Assembly (NCBI GenBank): GCA_036848375.1
Contig: DAIUKG010000001.1
Span: 128,110-192,109 of the forward strand
DNA: 64,000 bases
Direction of reading: 5' to 3'
From: Spirochaetota bacterium
GTDB lineage: Bacteria; Spirochaetota; UBA4802; UBA5550
This document shows, piece by piece, positions 1 to 10,661 of the stretch (within the stretch, counting starts at the first letter, position 1; every line of letters starts with the position of its first letter). The translations under genes were made by a program, and so were the position numbers. Below the pieces are notes generated by a model, which did no database searches, was not told the DNA's origin, and worked only from the letters and a program-made list of their open reading frames with translations.

Positions 1-46
1 AGAATAATACCGGAGCTATAATACATACAATTGTGGTCTTTTTCAT
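1..46 (-). CDS. 5' end of a gene running off the window (N-terminus MKKTTIVCIIAPVLF..., signal/TM-like)
   Basis: ATG at 44-46 on minus strand with hydrophobic N-terminus; gene body lies outside the window. Confidence 0.25.
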   Translation of the reverse strand, partial: MKKTTIVCIIAPVLF

Positions 47-193
47 AGTTGACGTTTCACTACCGCTCGATAAGCGCACACAAAATCCTTTAAATCCCTG
101 CCGAACGAATGTAGTATTGTGTCCTTGTATCAATTTAATTTGTCTATTGGAACAATGATTGCGTTTATGTCAATAAAATAAATAACTTACCCC

Positions 194-985
194 TCAAAAT
201 GCCGACGGCATCATTGAAAGACCGGGTTTAAAATGAATCCTCTGAAGATATAACCCATAAGACGGAGCAGTTGTTCCACTAAAATCCCTGTCCTTCTTAT
301 CAAGTATCGTTAAAATTTCCTCCGGGTCTTTTCCCTTGATATGCAATTCAATAACGGTTCCAACCATAATCCTTATCATGTTGTGAAGAAAAGCGTTACC
401 TTCAACAGTAAATTCTATCAAGTCATCACGCCTGACCACATTGATGTCACTTATGTTTCTGACCGTGCCTCCGGAAACCGATATTTTTTTACAGAATGAC
501 GCGAAATCCCTTTCACCGATAAGCAGTGATAACGTTTTGTAAATATATCGTTCATCGATATGTTCTCTTACCCACATGGCCCGGTACATCATAAAAGGCG
601 AACGCTGGGGATGATTATAAATCAAATATTTATATTCGCGCCTGATAGCGCTGTATCGCGCATGAAAATCAGAGGGGACATTATACGCATTAATTATTGC
701 TATGTCTTTGGGCAGGATGCCGTTCAATGAAATACAAATTTTATCAAGTTTTAAAGAAGTCACTGAATCAAAATGCGCCACCTGCCCCAGAGCATGAACG
801 CCGCTGTCAGTCCTCCCTGAACCTACAATGCGGATGTCTTCTCTGGTTAAAACTTTATAAGCTGATTCGATTTCAGATTGTATCGTCCTTCCATTCTCCT
901 GATATTGCCACCCATTGTAATTTGTGCCATCATATTGAATAAGAAGCGCTATCCTTCGGGATTCTGGTTTGTTTGTTGACTCCAT
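194..985 (-). CDS. truA: tRNA pseudouridine(38-40) synthase TruA
   Basis: 263 aa; N-terminal RIALLIQYDGTNYNGWQ and RTDSGVHA catalytic-Asp motif typical of TruA. Confidence 0.85.
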   Translation of the reverse strand: MESTNKPESRRIALLIQYDGTNYNGWQYQENGRTIQSEIESAYKVLTREDIRIVGSGRTDSGVHALGQVAHFDSVTSLKLDKICISLNGILPKDIAIINAYNVPSDFHARYSAIRREYKYLIYNHPQRSPFMMYRAMWVREHIDERYIYKTLSLLIGERDFASFCKKISVSGGTVRNISDINVVRRDDLIEFTVEGNAFLHNMIRIMVGTVIELHIKGKDPEEILTILDKKDRDFSGTTAPSYGLYLQRIHFKPGLSMMPSAF

Positions 986-1827
986 AGTTCAAGCTTCTCA
1001 TTTATCTTATCATAAAGATCTCTGGTTTTATCCAGAAGTTCACCCGGCTTCGATTTTGATGTTTTTCCAATGCCAAAAAGCCTGCTCAGATATCTTTTGC
1101 AACGCTCAAAATTCTCAATCCGCTTGTTGATATCCTTTTCGCGGGCACCAATTTTAAGGGTCAATACCGCTGTTATATAAAGGATGCCGTCATATCCCCA
1201 GTTTTTATCAGTATCAGGGCCCATATTCCCTGCTGCATCTGTAGGTTCGCCACCGGTCTGAATCAATTCAACGACTTTGACATAATAATCATAGGCCTTT
1301 TTATAAAAAAACAGCGAAATTTTAGCATAGGTATCATCCCCCTGTTCTTCAGCCAGGTCATTGAACAACCATGCTGCACGAATAGAAGAAACCGCATTTT
1401 TAAACGTTGGAGCAACATTCTTCAATCTGCAGCCATATGAATCAACTGCAAGCATAAATGACGCTGCCCCGTGGGTAAGGGTTCTATCCTCATTAAAATC
1501 GATTCTGTTAAAATATTTATTCATTGCGCCCTTTCTGCTGCTTGTCTTCTCGATCAGGGTATTCCTTTCTTCAGGAAGCAATTCCTGGAAATCCTTTGGA
1601 TATGCGGCATAAAAACAAATCGGGCATACAGTTACTTGATATATTAATGGGCGGATTATGCCAAATTTCTTGCTCTCTTCGTACCTGCGCCTCAATTCAT
1701 CCGTAAGCGCACCAGCAATCAATCTGCCGCCGCCAGTAAGCATTTCTTCCCGGTAAAATTCATTGGAGCAAACTGGGCATATGGTGGGATTTTTCTGTCT
1801 GAAGGATACTTTTTTGTTTTCTTCCAT
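949..1827 (-). CDS. DUF2225-like protein with N-terminal CxxC zinc ribbon and helical/TPR-like C-terminus
   Basis: 292 aa; CPVC...CPIC pair near N-terminus; overlaps truA start by 37 nt (same strand). Confidence 0.5.
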   Translation of the reverse strand: MEENKKVSFRQKNPTICPVCSNEFYREEMLTGGGRLIAGALTDELRRRYEESKKFGIIRPLIYQVTVCPICFYAAYPKDFQELLPEERNTLIEKTSSRKGAMNKYFNRIDFNEDRTLTHGAASFMLAVDSYGCRLKNVAPTFKNAVSSIRAAWLFNDLAEEQGDDTYAKISLFFYKKAYDYYVKVVELIQTGGEPTDAAGNMGPDTDKNWGYDGILYITAVLTLKIGAREKDINKRIENFERCKRYLSRLFGIGKTSKSKPGELLDKTRDLYDKINEKLELWSQQTNQNPEG

Positions 1828-2121
1828 TCAAAACTCCAAATCAAAGAATAACTGAAAATTTTTATCGTGTATTCATATAATTTGATCAATCAAATAAATC
1901 AATTATCTTTTTCCAGTAAAGTGCCAATTTTAACCATGGCTTGTAGTTGTTATTACATGAAAAATATTAATATTATTAAATAATTAAGTCTCATTCAAAT
2001 AATGACGAAATTTAAAAGTGATATAAGTAGGTATTTCGTTTTCTTATATTTTATCAATATGACTGAACTTAATCTATTGCAATCTCAAGTACCTTTTAAC
2101 ATATAATGGCGGGGAAAAAAG

Positions 2122-2973
2122 ATGAAATTATTGAAAATAACACTTCTTTCTTTAATATTTAGTACACTTATACAATTGCCGGCTTTTCCACTTTCAACCG
2201 CTGCAAAAGCTCAAAATGATTACAACTTCACCCTTGATAAAATCAGAGTGCTATATATCATTATTGAGAACTTCGGCAATGATGAAATTAAAAGTCAATA
2301 TAATCAGGTCAAGAGCCTTTTCCAGGAATCCGGTGAAAGCCTTTATGGCCAAAATTATTTCGATTCATATGAAAAATTTCGAAAATTAAAAACAGAGTTG
2401 ATCATCCTTTTTGAAAAGCTGGCAGTGCAGTATCTTAAACGTACCAAAACAATTCTTGATTCAACCGCGAAAAATTCCTTTGACATCCTTATTAATTACA
2501 GCAAAAAAGGCGGCCTTGCCGCATATTTCACTCGTGCCTATGATCCTCTTAAAGATGTGAAGCCATATGATGAAAAAGAATATCACCTTTTTTATAACCG
2601 GGAATACATTGAAAATTACATGAAAGAGGGTTACAAGCAATACCATCGTGCAAAAAATATATTTAATGACCCAGAAATTGAATACACAAAAAAAAGAAAA
2701 AATCTGCCTTCAGAAAGTTTAAACTTTATCATCTCCCAGTATAGTACCGTCATAGATGTGTGCAGAGAATCAAAACAATACGGTGTCGAAATTTATAAGA
2801 TATTAAACAACAGCAAGCTTGGAGAAAGTATCATCAAATACAACATCAGGGCCGACAGAATTGATCCTGTTTTTGATGGGAGGATTCCCGATGAATATAA
2901 AGTTGATGCCAATGACAATCTAAAACTGATACACTCGGTTGAATTAAAGAAAATCGCAAAATACCAGCAATAA
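2122..2973 (+). CDS. secreted hypothetical protein (signal peptide)
   Basis: 283 aa; hydrophobic N-terminus MKLLKITLLSLIFSTLIQLPAFPLSTAAKA; Lys/Tyr-rich, no recognisable domain. Confidence 0.5.
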   Translation: MKLLKITLLSLIFSTLIQLPAFPLSTAAKAQNDYNFTLDKIRVLYIIIENFGNDEIKSQYNQVKSLFQESGESLYGQNYFDSYEKFRKLKTELIILFEKLAVQYLKRTKTILDSTAKNSFDILINYSKKGGLAAYFTRAYDPLKDVKPYDEKEYHLFYNREYIENYMKEGYKQYHRAKNIFNDPEIEYTKKRKNLPSESLNFIISQYSTVIDVCRESKQYGVEIYKILNNSKLGESIIKYNIRADRIDPVFDGRIPDEYKVDANDNLKLIHSVELKKIAKYQQ

Positions 2974-3003
2974 AAAAATCCGCACTTAAGTGCGGATTTT
3001 TTC
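2974..3003. terminator. bidirectional rho-independent terminator (AAAAAAATCCGCAC-TTAA-GTGCGGATTTTTT)
   Basis: 8-bp GC-containing stem, 4-nt loop, flanked by A-run and T-run directly after the stop at 2973. Confidence 0.6.
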
Positions 3004-3072
3004 TTTTATTATAATAAGGGAACCTCTATAAATTACATTTTTGATGTTCCCTTGTGGGCACATTATCTGATA

Positions 3073-3116
3073 AAATCAGGAGTTATCATATTTGATAATA
3101 ATGAAACTCCTGATTT
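3073..3116 (-). terminator. hairpin downstream of rplQ (12-bp stem AAATCAGGAGTT/AACTCCTGATTT, 20-nt loop)
   Basis: perfect 12-bp inverted repeat 21 nt after the rplQ stop, followed on minus strand by UUUU. Confidence 0.4.
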
Positions 3117-3136
3117 TTAGAGGTGCCCATAATAAA

Positions 3137-3607
3137 TTATTTATCTTTTTCTTTCGACTTTGCTTTTTTATCCTTTTTGTCTTTTTTTTCTTCTTTTACT
3201 TCTGGGGCGGATGTTTTCGGTTTTTTCTCCACAAGTTCAAGAATGGCCATTTCAGCCGCATCACCGGGTCTTTGACCAATCAGATAAATTCTTGTATACC
3301 CGCCATTTCTGTCTTTATTCCGAATTGCAATTTCTTCAAAAAGTTTTTTTACGATATCACGGTCATTGATATATTTCATCACTTCCCGCTTATTGTGAAG
3401 CTTTTTTGCAGCCTGGTCATCGGCAAGCACAAGATTTTTTTTCGCTCTTGTTATAAGACGCTCAGATATTTTTTTTAATTCTTTTCCCTTTTCTTTAGTG
3501 GTAACGATCCTTTCATGATCAAAAAAAGACGTTACCATATTATTATACATAGCTTTTCTATGCGCGTGAGTTCTTCCTAACTGACGTACACTATTCCTTT
3601 TTCGCAT
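3137..3607 (-). CDS. rplQ: 50S ribosomal protein L17 (bL17) with Lys-rich C-terminal tail
   Basis: 156 aa; MRKRNSVRQLGRTHAHRKAM N-terminus typical of L17; ends KKDKKDKKAKSKEKDK. Confidence 0.95.
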   Translation of the reverse strand: MRKRNSVRQLGRTHAHRKAMYNNMVTSFFDHERIVTTKEKGKELKKISERLITRAKKNLVLADDQAAKKLHNKREVMKYINDRDIVKKLFEEIAIRNKDRNGGYTRIYLIGQRPGDAAEMAILELVEKKPKTSAPEVKEEKKDKKDKKAKSKEKDK

Positions 3608-3619
3608 GAGTAAACTCCA

Positions 3620-4597
3620 TTATTCCTTTAATCCAAGACTTAAATGATATTGCTCAAGTTTTTCCTTAATTTCTTTTAAAACCATATCACTGAAGTGCTT
3701 TGACTTTCTCAATTCATCCTCGGTTTTCTTTACTAATTGATCAATTGTTGATATATCAAGGCTTTTCAAAGTGTTATATGAACGAACCGAAAGTTCAATT
3801 TCATCAATAGATTTACCCAGAAGTGATTTAAGTTTCTCCTGATTTTCATCAACCAGTTCGATCTCTTCTTCAACTTCCTCTTCGAAATTGATAAAAATCG
3901 TCATATGGTCTTTTATAATTTTAGCAGCATACGCTAAAGCATCTTCCGGAGAAATTGAGCCATCGGTCCATATTTCAAGGATCAATTTGTCAAAGTCTGT
4001 GCGCTGGCCCACTCGTGTATCTTCTACCTTTACATTTACCTTCTTAATAGGTGTAAAAATCGAATCGATAGGTATAACGCCGACAGTCTCCGTATTTTTT
4101 TTATTGATCTCGGCAGGAACATAACCCTTGCCCCGCTCAATCTGAACTTCCATGTCAATCTTGCCGTTGGCGTTCAGCGTGGCTATCTTTATTTCAGGGT
4201 TCATTACAGAAATATCCGGGTCGATGTTAAAATCCTGGCCGGTCAAATCGCCTGCGCCCTCTTTAATGATATGGATGACCTTGGCCATCTCACCTTCATA
4301 CTTGACCCTGAGTTTCTTTAAATTTAAAATGATCCTGGTTACGTCCTCATAAACTCCTTCAATGACACCGAATTCATGGGGAACACCTTCGATCTTTATC
4401 GCAGTTATTGCTGCTCCTTCTATTGATGACAGCAACACTCTTCTCAAAGAATTTCCGATTGTTAGACCATATCCTTTTTCAAAAGGTTCGGCGATAAAAC
4501 GCCCATAATCCGGTTGTAACTCATCATGTTCAAAAAGGATCTTGCTTGGTCTTTTAAAGCCCTTTAATAAATTTCTTGGGGCCATTGATACCTCCAA
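3620..4597 (-). CDS. rpoA: DNA-directed RNA polymerase subunit alpha
   Basis: 325 aa; N-terminal dimerisation domain and C-terminal CTD (HhH) typical of RpoA; position after rpsD. Confidence 0.96.
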   Translation of the reverse strand: MEVSMAPRNLLKGFKRPSKILFEHDELQPDYGRFIAEPFEKGYGLTIGNSLRRVLLSSIEGAAITAIKIEGVPHEFGVIEGVYEDVTRIILNLKKLRVKYEGEMAKVIHIIKEGAGDLTGQDFNIDPDISVMNPEIKIATLNANGKIDMEVQIERGKGYVPAEINKKNTETVGVIPIDSIFTPIKKVNVKVEDTRVGQRTDFDKLILEIWTDGSISPEDALAYAAKIIKDHMTIFINFEEEVEEEIELVDENQEKLKSLLGKSIDEIELSVRSYNTLKSLDISTIDQLVKKTEDELRKSKHFSDMVLKEIKEKLEQYHLSLGLKE

Positions 4598-4696
4598 AAA
4601 AATGAATAATCATCTGATGTTTGCGTAATCCGAAAATACTCTATAAAAAACTTAGCCAGAGGCATCGAAAATACCATACCTGAATGGTCAGCGTGA

Positions 4697-5329
4697 TTAT
4701 TTCGAATATAATTCCACCACTAATTGCTCATTAAAATTAGCTGTTACATCCGGTCTTTCCGGCAGCCTTGTTACTTTCCCGCTTCTTTTTTCAAAATCGA
4801 CCTCAACCCACTCGGGAACAGTATCAACTGCTTTTGAAAGTTTAATCGCGTCTTCCATCATGGTATTGGTTTTATATTTTTCTCTTATCTCAACAGTTGT
4901 CCCTTCTTTAACCCTGAAAGATGGAACATCAACTATTGTACCATTTACTGTTACATGCCTGTGTTGTATAAATTGACGGGCCTGAACTCTTGATGAAGCA
5001 AAACCCATCCTGTATATTACATTATCAAGTCTGCGTTCGAGAAGTGAAATAAGATTATTACCGGTAACACCTTTCATCCTATTGGCATCATCAAATAAAA
5101 GGCGGAACTGTTTTTCCAGAAGATGATAGCTCCTTTTAATTTTCTGCTTCTCTCGCAACTGAATTGCGTAATCCGACATTTTCCCTCTTCTTTTTCGGGG
5201 AGGTCCGGGAGGATACTTCTTCTTTCCCTTAAGAGGGCATTTATCTGACAGACACCTCTGGCCTTTCAGCATGAGAGGCATCATTTCCCTTCTACATAAT
5301 TTACATCGTGGTCCGGTATATTTTGCCAT
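4697..5329 (-). CDS. rpsD: 30S ribosomal protein S4
   Basis: 210 aa; MAKYTGPRCKLCRRE... zinc-finger N-terminus of uS4. Confidence 0.96.
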   Translation of the reverse strand: MAKYTGPRCKLCRREMMPLMLKGQRCLSDKCPLKGKKKYPPGPPRKRRGKMSDYAIQLREKQKIKRSYHLLEKQFRLLFDDANRMKGVTGNNLISLLERRLDNVIYRMGFASSRVQARQFIQHRHVTVNGTIVDVPSFRVKEGTTVEIREKYKTNTMMEDAIKLSKAVDTVPEWVEVDFEKRSGKVTRLPERPDVTANFNEQLVVELYSK

Positions 5330-5344
5330 GTCGAGAACTCTCCG

Positions 5345-5737
5345 TTAAACTCGTCTTCTTTTCTTTGGTCTGCATCCATTATGTGGAACTGGTGTAATAT
5401 CTTTTATTTTTGTTATGTTAAGACCAGCCTGAAAAAGTGATCGTATCGCAGCCTCACGACCGATCCCTGGGCCTTTAACATAGACTTCGACAGTCTTTAA
5501 TCCTGCGCTGTCAATTGCCTTTTGTGCAGCATTTTTGGCAGCCATCTGAGCTGCGAATGGAGTAGATTTCCGCGATCCTTTAAATCCCTCTCCGCCGGAA
5601 GAAGCCCAAGAAACAACGTTTCCCTGCATATCGGTCAGCGTGATTATCGTATTATTATATGTTGCCTGAACGAAGGCCTTCCCAATCGGGACATTCTTTT
5701 TTTCTTTCTTTTTGGTTCTCCCCTTTTTCTGTTTCAT
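5345..5737 (-). CDS. rpsK: 30S ribosomal protein S11
   Basis: 130 aa; conserved uS11 core (GIAHIQATFNNTIVT-like NNTIITLTD motif). Confidence 0.96.
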   Translation of the reverse strand: MKQKKGRTKKKEKKNVPIGKAFVQATYNNTIITLTDMQGNVVSWASSGGEGFKGSRKSTPFAAQMAAKNAAQKAIDSAGLKTVEVYVKGPGIGREAAIRSLFQAGLNITKIKDITPVPHNGCRPKKRRRV

Positions 5738-5746
5738 TGATGCTCC

Positions 5747-6118
5747 TTATTTCTTCTTCTTACCTAAAGATGTTTTTTTATACCCTTTTCGCGTCCGAGC
5801 GTTATTTTTCGTGTTTTGTCCTCTTACCGGTAAACTGCGTCTATGGCGTATTCCTCTATAACATCCAATATCCATCAAGCGCTTGATATTCATTGCTATT
5901 TCAGTTCTTAGATCACCTTCAACTTTTGTTGTGCTCTCAATTGTTTTTCGCACCTGGTTAATTTCTTCGTCTGTCAGATCCTTAACTCTTTTATCAGGGT
6001 CGACATTTGCTTTTTCTAAAATCCTTTGAGACATAGTAAAGCCTATGCCATAAATATACGTTAATGCGACTTCCAAGCGCTTATTATTTGGTAAATCAAC
6101 TCCAGCAATCCTCGCCAT
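5747..6118 (-). CDS. rpsM: 30S ribosomal protein S13
   Basis: 123 aa; [11 protein letters not shown]-terminus typical of uS13. Confidence 0.96.
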   Translation of the reverse strand: MARIAGVDLPNNKRLEVALTYIYGIGFTMSQRILEKANVDPDKRVKDLTDEEINQVRKTIESTTKVEGDLRTEIAMNIKRLMDIGCYRGIRHRRSLPVRGQNTKNNARTRKGYKKTSLGKKKK

Positions 6119-6134
6119 AAGATCCTCTTAGCTT

Positions 6135-6269
6135 TTAATGTTTTTTAATAGTTCTAATTTTTTGTTTCTGCTTGTGCCTGGGATTTGAACAGATGACCCT
6201 TATGACACCATGCCGCTTTATAACTTTACAATCACTGCATATTTTCTTTACTGAAACTCGAACCTTCAT
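6135..6269 (-). CDS. rpmJ: 50S ribosomal protein L36 (44 aa, C-terminal extension)
   Basis: not in ORF track (<60 aa); hand translation gives [44 protein letters not shown] with the CxxC...C...H zinc motif; GAGGGG SD upstream; lies between rpsM and infA. Confidence 0.85.
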   Translation of the reverse strand: MKVRVSVKKICSDCKVIKRHGVIRVICSNPRHKQKQKIRTIKKH

Positions 6270-6309
6270 ATCTATCCCCTCTGAGGAAAATAAAATATTC
6301 TTTGCCTGC

Positions 6310-6528
6310 CTATTTTGATCTGAATATTATTCTTCCACGATTCAAATCATACGGTGAAAGCTCTACCGTCACCTTGTCCCCTGGTAAAATTCTGATATAA
6401 TGCATCCTCATTTTACCCGATATATGGGCAAGAACGATATGCCCATTTTCAAGCTTTACCCTGAACATCGCATTGGGAAGAGGTTCAACGACAACACCTT
6501 CAACTTCTATTGGCTCTTCTTTTGCCAT
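6310..6528 (-). CDS. infA: translation initiation factor IF-1
   Basis: 72 aa S1-like OB fold; [25 protein letters not shown] is near-identical to bacterial IF-1. Confidence 0.96.
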   Translation of the reverse strand: MAKEEPIEVEGVVVEPLPNAMFRVKLENGHIVLAHISGKMRMHYIRILPGDKVTVELSPYDLNRGRIIFRSK

Positions 6529-6545
6529 TTTTTAATCTCGTAGTA

Positions 6546-7883
6546 TTAACGTCGTCCTTTCATACGACCATTTTTTAAAAAACCGTCATAGTGTCTCATG
6601 AGAAGCTGGGATTCAATCTGCTTTAAAGTATCCAGCGCAACACCCACTATGATCAGCAATGATGTACCGCCAAATAAATATGCCATGCCCGGTTCGACCT
6701 GCTCGGGCCATATGCGTATAATAAAATCAGGAACAATGGCTATCAATGCAAGGAATATCGAGCCTGATAGAGTTATCCTGTTTAATATATTTAAAATATA
6801 ATCTGCTGTATTTTGTCCGGGCCGTATCCCCGGAATAAAACCGCCATACTTTTTTAAATTATCAGCAATCTCAACTGGATTAAAACGAATAGATGTATAA
6901 AAATAACAGAAAAATATAATAAGTCCACTATAAATTATCATATACGGAACCTGACCCGGTGAAAGCCAGAACTGAACTTTATTTAAAACCGTATTACTGC
7001 TCCCACCCATCAGGCTCACCATTTGTGATGGGAAAATAATCAATGCTGAAGCAAATATTATTGGGATAACACCTGCAGCATTAACTCTCAACGGAATATA
7101 TTGAGAGCTCTTCTGCATCATCGTTCTTCCGGCCATTTTTTTGCCGTACTGGACAGGAATACGCCTGGTCCCCAGTGTTAAAAGAATAGATGCCGCAACA
7201 ACCAGCAGGAACAGGCCAAGAAGAATTATGCCAACAATGGGTTCCCCGGTATCTCCGATCTTTCTCATGGTTGAGGCAAGTGCCTGGGGGGAACGAACAA
7301 CAATACCCGCCATGATAATGAGGGAAACTCCGTTGCCGACACCCCTCTCTGTTATCATTTCACCAAGCCAGACAAGGACCATGGTGCCGGTTGTTATTGC
7401 TACTACTGCTACAATAATAAAGCCTATCCCCGCATCTTCCGGAACAACAGAACCGCCGCCCCTTGTCTTCATGGACTTCATCCAGAAAGTAATGGCCATT
7501 GATTGTACGATACATAAAAGAACAGTGCCGTATCGGGTATATTGGCTTATCTTTTTATATCCTTCTGCTCCTTCTTTCGACAGCCTTTCCAGTGCAGGGA
7601 AAACTACTTTCAGCAAATCAATAATAATCGATGCTGATATATAGGGCATTATCCCAAGGGCAAAAAGAGTAAATCTTTTTAGCGCGCCCCCGGCAAAGAG
7701 ATCAAAAAAATCAAGCACACCGGTACTTTGAGCTTCAAGGAAATAGACTTTCAGCGCCTCGACATTGATTCCCGGCACCGGTATATGAGCGCCAATTCTG
7801 TAAAGAATTAAAATCGCAAGAGTAAATAATACTCTTTTTCTTAAATCAGGTATCCTGAATATATTTACGACAACATTTGACAT
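6546..7883 (-). CDS. secY: preprotein translocase subunit SecY
   Basis: 445 aa, 10-TM protein with SecY signature; spc-operon position. Confidence 0.96.
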   Translation of the reverse strand: MSNVVVNIFRIPDLRKRVLFTLAILILYRIGAHIPVPGINVEALKVYFLEAQSTGVLDFFDLFAGGALKRFTLFALGIMPYISASIIIDLLKVVFPALERLSKEGAEGYKKISQYTRYGTVLLCIVQSMAITFWMKSMKTRGGGSVVPEDAGIGFIIVAVVAITTGTMVLVWLGEMITERGVGNGVSLIIMAGIVVRSPQALASTMRKIGDTGEPIVGIILLGLFLLVVAASILLTLGTRRIPVQYGKKMAGRTMMQKSSQYIPLRVNAAGVIPIIFASALIIFPSQMVSLMGGSSNTVLNKVQFWLSPGQVPYMIIYSGLIIFFCYFYTSIRFNPVEIADNLKKYGGFIPGIRPGQNTADYILNILNRITLSGSIFLALIAIVPDFIIRIWPEQVEPGMAYLFGGTSLLIIVGVALDTLKQIESQLLMRHYDGFLKNGRMKGRR

Positions 7884-7895
7884 TGCAAACCAGCG

Positions 7896-8348
7896 TTATT
7901 GTTCAGTGCCAGAAAGAGTTTTTCTGATAACAGGCTCACCGCCGGCCTTTTTAATTTTTTCTATAGCGATATCAGAAAAAGCATCCGCGGTGATCTTTAC
8001 AGGTTTTGATATATCTCCTGAACCAAGTATTTTGATAAGTCTGTCGCTATGGCCCACCACTCTCTTCTCCGCAAGGATTTCGGGAGTGATTGTATCTATA
8101 TTCAATGAAACAAGTCTTGAAATATTCACGACTTGATATTCTTTTCTCGTATAATTATTAAAACCGCGTTTCGGAACACGACGCTGAAGCGGCATCTGCC
8201 CGCCTTCGAACCATGCTCTTCTCTTGCTTCCGGACCTGCTCTTCTGTCCTTTCTGCCCTCGACCGCTTGTCTTGCCATTGCCGCTGGATGGGCCACATCC
8301 CACTCGTTTTTTCTTTTTAATCGAATCCGGTTTTTTTATCTGATACAT
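7896..8348 (-). CDS. rplO: 50S ribosomal protein L15
   Basis: 150 aa; Gly/Arg-rich N-terminus (GSGNGKTSGRGQKGQKSRSG) typical of uL15. Confidence 0.95.
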   Translation of the reverse strand: MYQIKKPDSIKKKKRVGCGPSSGNGKTSGRGQKGQKSRSGSKRRAWFEGGQMPLQRRVPKRGFNNYTRKEYQVVNISRLVSLNIDTITPEILAEKRVVGHSDRLIKILGSGDISKPVKITADAFSDIAIEKIKKAGGEPVIRKTLSGTEQ

Positions 8349-8366
8349 GTGAATTGACTCCGCCTA

Positions 8367-8558
8367 TTACTTAATCTCTCTTACTTCAACAAGGTGGATG
8401 ACCTTTTTTACCATACCGCGAATTACCGGTGTATCATCATGAATCCGCTCAGCATTTATCTTTCTTAATCCCAGGGCTCTTAAGGTCGCCTGAAGTTTTG
8501 GCTTGACCCCTATCCTGCTTTTTATCTGCTTTACTGCTATTTTATTTGCCATGATCAC
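8367..8558 (-). CDS. rpmD: 50S ribosomal protein L30
   Basis: 63 aa; position between rpsE and rplO. Confidence 0.93.
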   Translation of the reverse strand: MIMANKIAVKQIKSRIGVKPKLQATLRALGLRKINAERIHDDTPVIRGMVKKVIHLVEVREIK

Positions 8559-8567
8559 TACTTCCTG

Positions 8568-9101
8568 CTATTCCCAGAGTCTGTTAACTGTTATATCCCG
8601 CAATTGCGCCGCTTCTTTCAGACTGCGAAGCTTTAAAAGGCCATCCATGGTTGCTTTAACCAGGTTTACAGGGTTGCGCGAACCCTGAGATTTTGTCAGT
8701 ATATCATTTACGCCTACTCGTTCAAGAATCGCCCTGACCGAAGGACCGGCAATAATTCCTGTACCGGGAGCTGCGGGTTTAAGAATAACTGTCGAAGATT
8801 TATACTTACCGATAACTTCATGCGGTATCGTCGAATTTTTTAAATTTATTTTATAAACATTTTTTTTGGCGTCTTCCTTGCTTTTATCAATCGCATCAGG
8901 AACTTCATTCGCTTTCCCGAAACCAACACCGACATGACCGGAAGCGTCTCCGATAACAGCAAGTGCGTTAAATGAAAATCTGCGTCCGCCCTTTACAACT
9001 TTCGCGACCCTGTTTATGGTGACTATTTTTTCGCTTAATTCAAGTCCCTCTATATCAGCTTTTTTTCGTATGATCTTCATTCCATGTCTCCTAAAACTCA
9101 A
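8568..9101 (-). CDS. rpsE: 30S ribosomal protein S5
   Basis: 177 aa; [16 protein letters not shown] motif of uS5. Confidence 0.96.
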   Translation of the reverse strand: MSFRRHGMKIIRKKADIEGLELSEKIVTINRVAKVVKGGRRFSFNALAVIGDASGHVGVGFGKANEVPDAIDKSKEDAKKNVYKINLKNSTIPHEVIGKYKSSTVILKPAAPGTGIIAGPSVRAILERVGVNDILTKSQGSRNPVNLVKATMDGLLKLRSLKEAAQLRDITVNRLWE

Positions 9102-9456
9102 GACCAGCTTCGCGCGCTGAGTCAGCGAAAGCTTTTATTTTTCCGTGATATAAATATCCATTTCTGTCGAAAACGACAGTTTTAATTCCTTTATCAAGAG
9201 CCCTTGCAGCAAACAATTTCCCCAATTCTTTGGCAGCTGCTATATTACCCCTGCTTTTTAACTGTGGAAAATCCTTCGATAAAGTTGACATTGAAACAAC
9301 AGTAATGCCCTTCTTATCATCAATAATCTGGACAAAAAAATTCTTATTACTCTTGCTGATGCAAAGCCTGAGCCGTTCTTTATTTTGAAAAATTTTCTTT
9401 TTAATTCGGAATCGGCGCTTAATCGTCCTTTTCTTTTTAAGCTTTATCTTTTCCAT
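9091..9456 (-). CDS. rplR: 50S ribosomal protein L18
   Basis: 121 aa; conserved uL18 core, spc-operon order. Confidence 0.95.
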   Translation of the reverse strand: MEKIKLKKKRTIKRRFRIKKKIFQNKERLRLCISKSNKNFFVQIIDDKKGITVVSMSTLSKDFPQLKSRGNIAAAKELGKLFAARALDKGIKTVVFDRNGYLYHGKIKAFADSAREAGLEF

Positions 9457-9458
9457 TC

Positions 9459-10001
9459 TTACTTACCTGTTTTGCCTGCTTTTTTCCTGACTAATTCATC
9501 CTTATAGCGAATACCTTTACCTTTATATGGTTCTGGAGGACGCAATTTTCTTATGTCAGCAGCCACCTGGCCGACCTGTTGTTTGTTTTTGCCCTTGACC
9601 CTGAGTCTGGTCGGCTCCACCACTTCTATGGAAATATCGGCTGGTGGAGAAAAAATAATGGGATGCGAAAATCCAAGCTGCAATTGAACATTCTGGCTTT
9701 GCTGGGTTGCCCGGTATCCAACACCGACAATCTCGAGCTCTTTGGTAAATCCGCTTGAAACACCGACAACCATATTATTTATCAATGATCGAAACAAACC
9801 ATGATATGCGGCCGTCTGTTTGGCATCATCAGTTTCACTGGCAACAACCTGCAGAATATTATCTTTCAGTTCAACACTTATACCTTCAAGCAGAGATAAT
9901 CCTTCCTCACCGAGAGGCCCTTTTACTAATATTTTATTGCCCTGAATGTCTACTGTTACGCCTTTTGGTACTTCTATCAGTTTTTTTCCTACCCTTGACA
10001 T
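9459..10001 (-). CDS. rplF: 50S ribosomal protein L6
   Basis: 180 aa; MSRVGKKLIEVPKGV N-terminus of uL6. Confidence 0.96.
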   Translation of the reverse strand: MSRVGKKLIEVPKGVTVDIQGNKILVKGPLGEEGLSLLEGISVELKDNILQVVASETDDAKQTAAYHGLFRSLINNMVVGVSSGFTKELEIVGVGYRATQQSQNVQLQLGFSHPIIFSPPADISIEVVEPTRLRVKGKNKQQVGQVAADIRKLRPPEPYKGKGIRYKDELVRKKAGKTGK

Positions 10002-10037
10002 AGTGAACTCTCTTTAAATTATATTCAATGTGAGGAA

Positions 10038-10439
10038 TCAGGAGATTTCACACACAACTTCGCCGCCGACATTAAGTTTCTGGGCAGCCTTGTTGGTAAT
10101 AATTCCTTTTGATGTCGATAAAATCCATATTCCTATATTATTATAAACTGGAAACAGATCATCCGCTTTAATATAAACTCTTCTTCCAGGAGAACTGATT
10201 CTTTTCAGATTTATTATGGCAGAACAGTTATCATTGCCGTATTTAAGATAAACGCGAAGAATTTTCTGTTTATTATCATCAATCATTTTATAATTTTTAA
10301 TAAATCCTTCATCTTTCAATATCTTGGCAATGGATACTTTCATTTTGGACGAAGGAATATCAACCTTCAAATGCCCAGCCTGTATCGCATTTCTCATTCT
10401 CGTTAACATATCAGCTATTGGATCTGACACACGACTCAT
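10038..10439 (-). CDS. rpsH: 30S ribosomal protein S8
   Basis: 133 aa; [13 protein letters not shown] motif of uS8. Confidence 0.96.
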   Translation of the reverse strand: MSRVSDPIADMLTRMRNAIQAGHLKVDIPSSKMKVSIAKILKDEGFIKNYKMIDDNKQKILRVYLKYGNDNCSAIINLKRISSPGRRVYIKADDLFPVYNNIGIWILSTSKGIITNKAAQKLNVGGEVVCEIS

Positions 10440-10464
10440 ATTACTACCCTGACCTATCTATTTT

Positions 10465-10659
10465 TTACCATGATGACTTAGTTACACCGGGAATTTTCCC
10501 TTCTCCGGCCAATTTACGAAAACAAATCCTGCACATGTCAAACCGTCTCATATATCCACGCGGTCTGCCGCATATTCTGCACCTGTTATGTTCTCTAACC
10601 TGAAATTTACTTCCTCGACGATATTTAGCGATTAAACTTGTCTTTGCCACTATAATCAC
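10465..10659 (-). CDS. rpsN: 30S ribosomal protein S14 type Z (zinc-binding)
   Basis: 64 aa (61 aa from the internal Met; translation begins MIIVAKT...) with CRICGRP...CRIC Cys4 motif characteristic of the short Zn-ribbon S14. Confidence 0.95.
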   Translation of the reverse strand: MIIVAKTSLIAKYRRGSKFQVREHNRCRICGRPRGYMRRFDMCRICFRKLAGEGKIPGVTKSSW

Positions 10660-10661
10660 CT

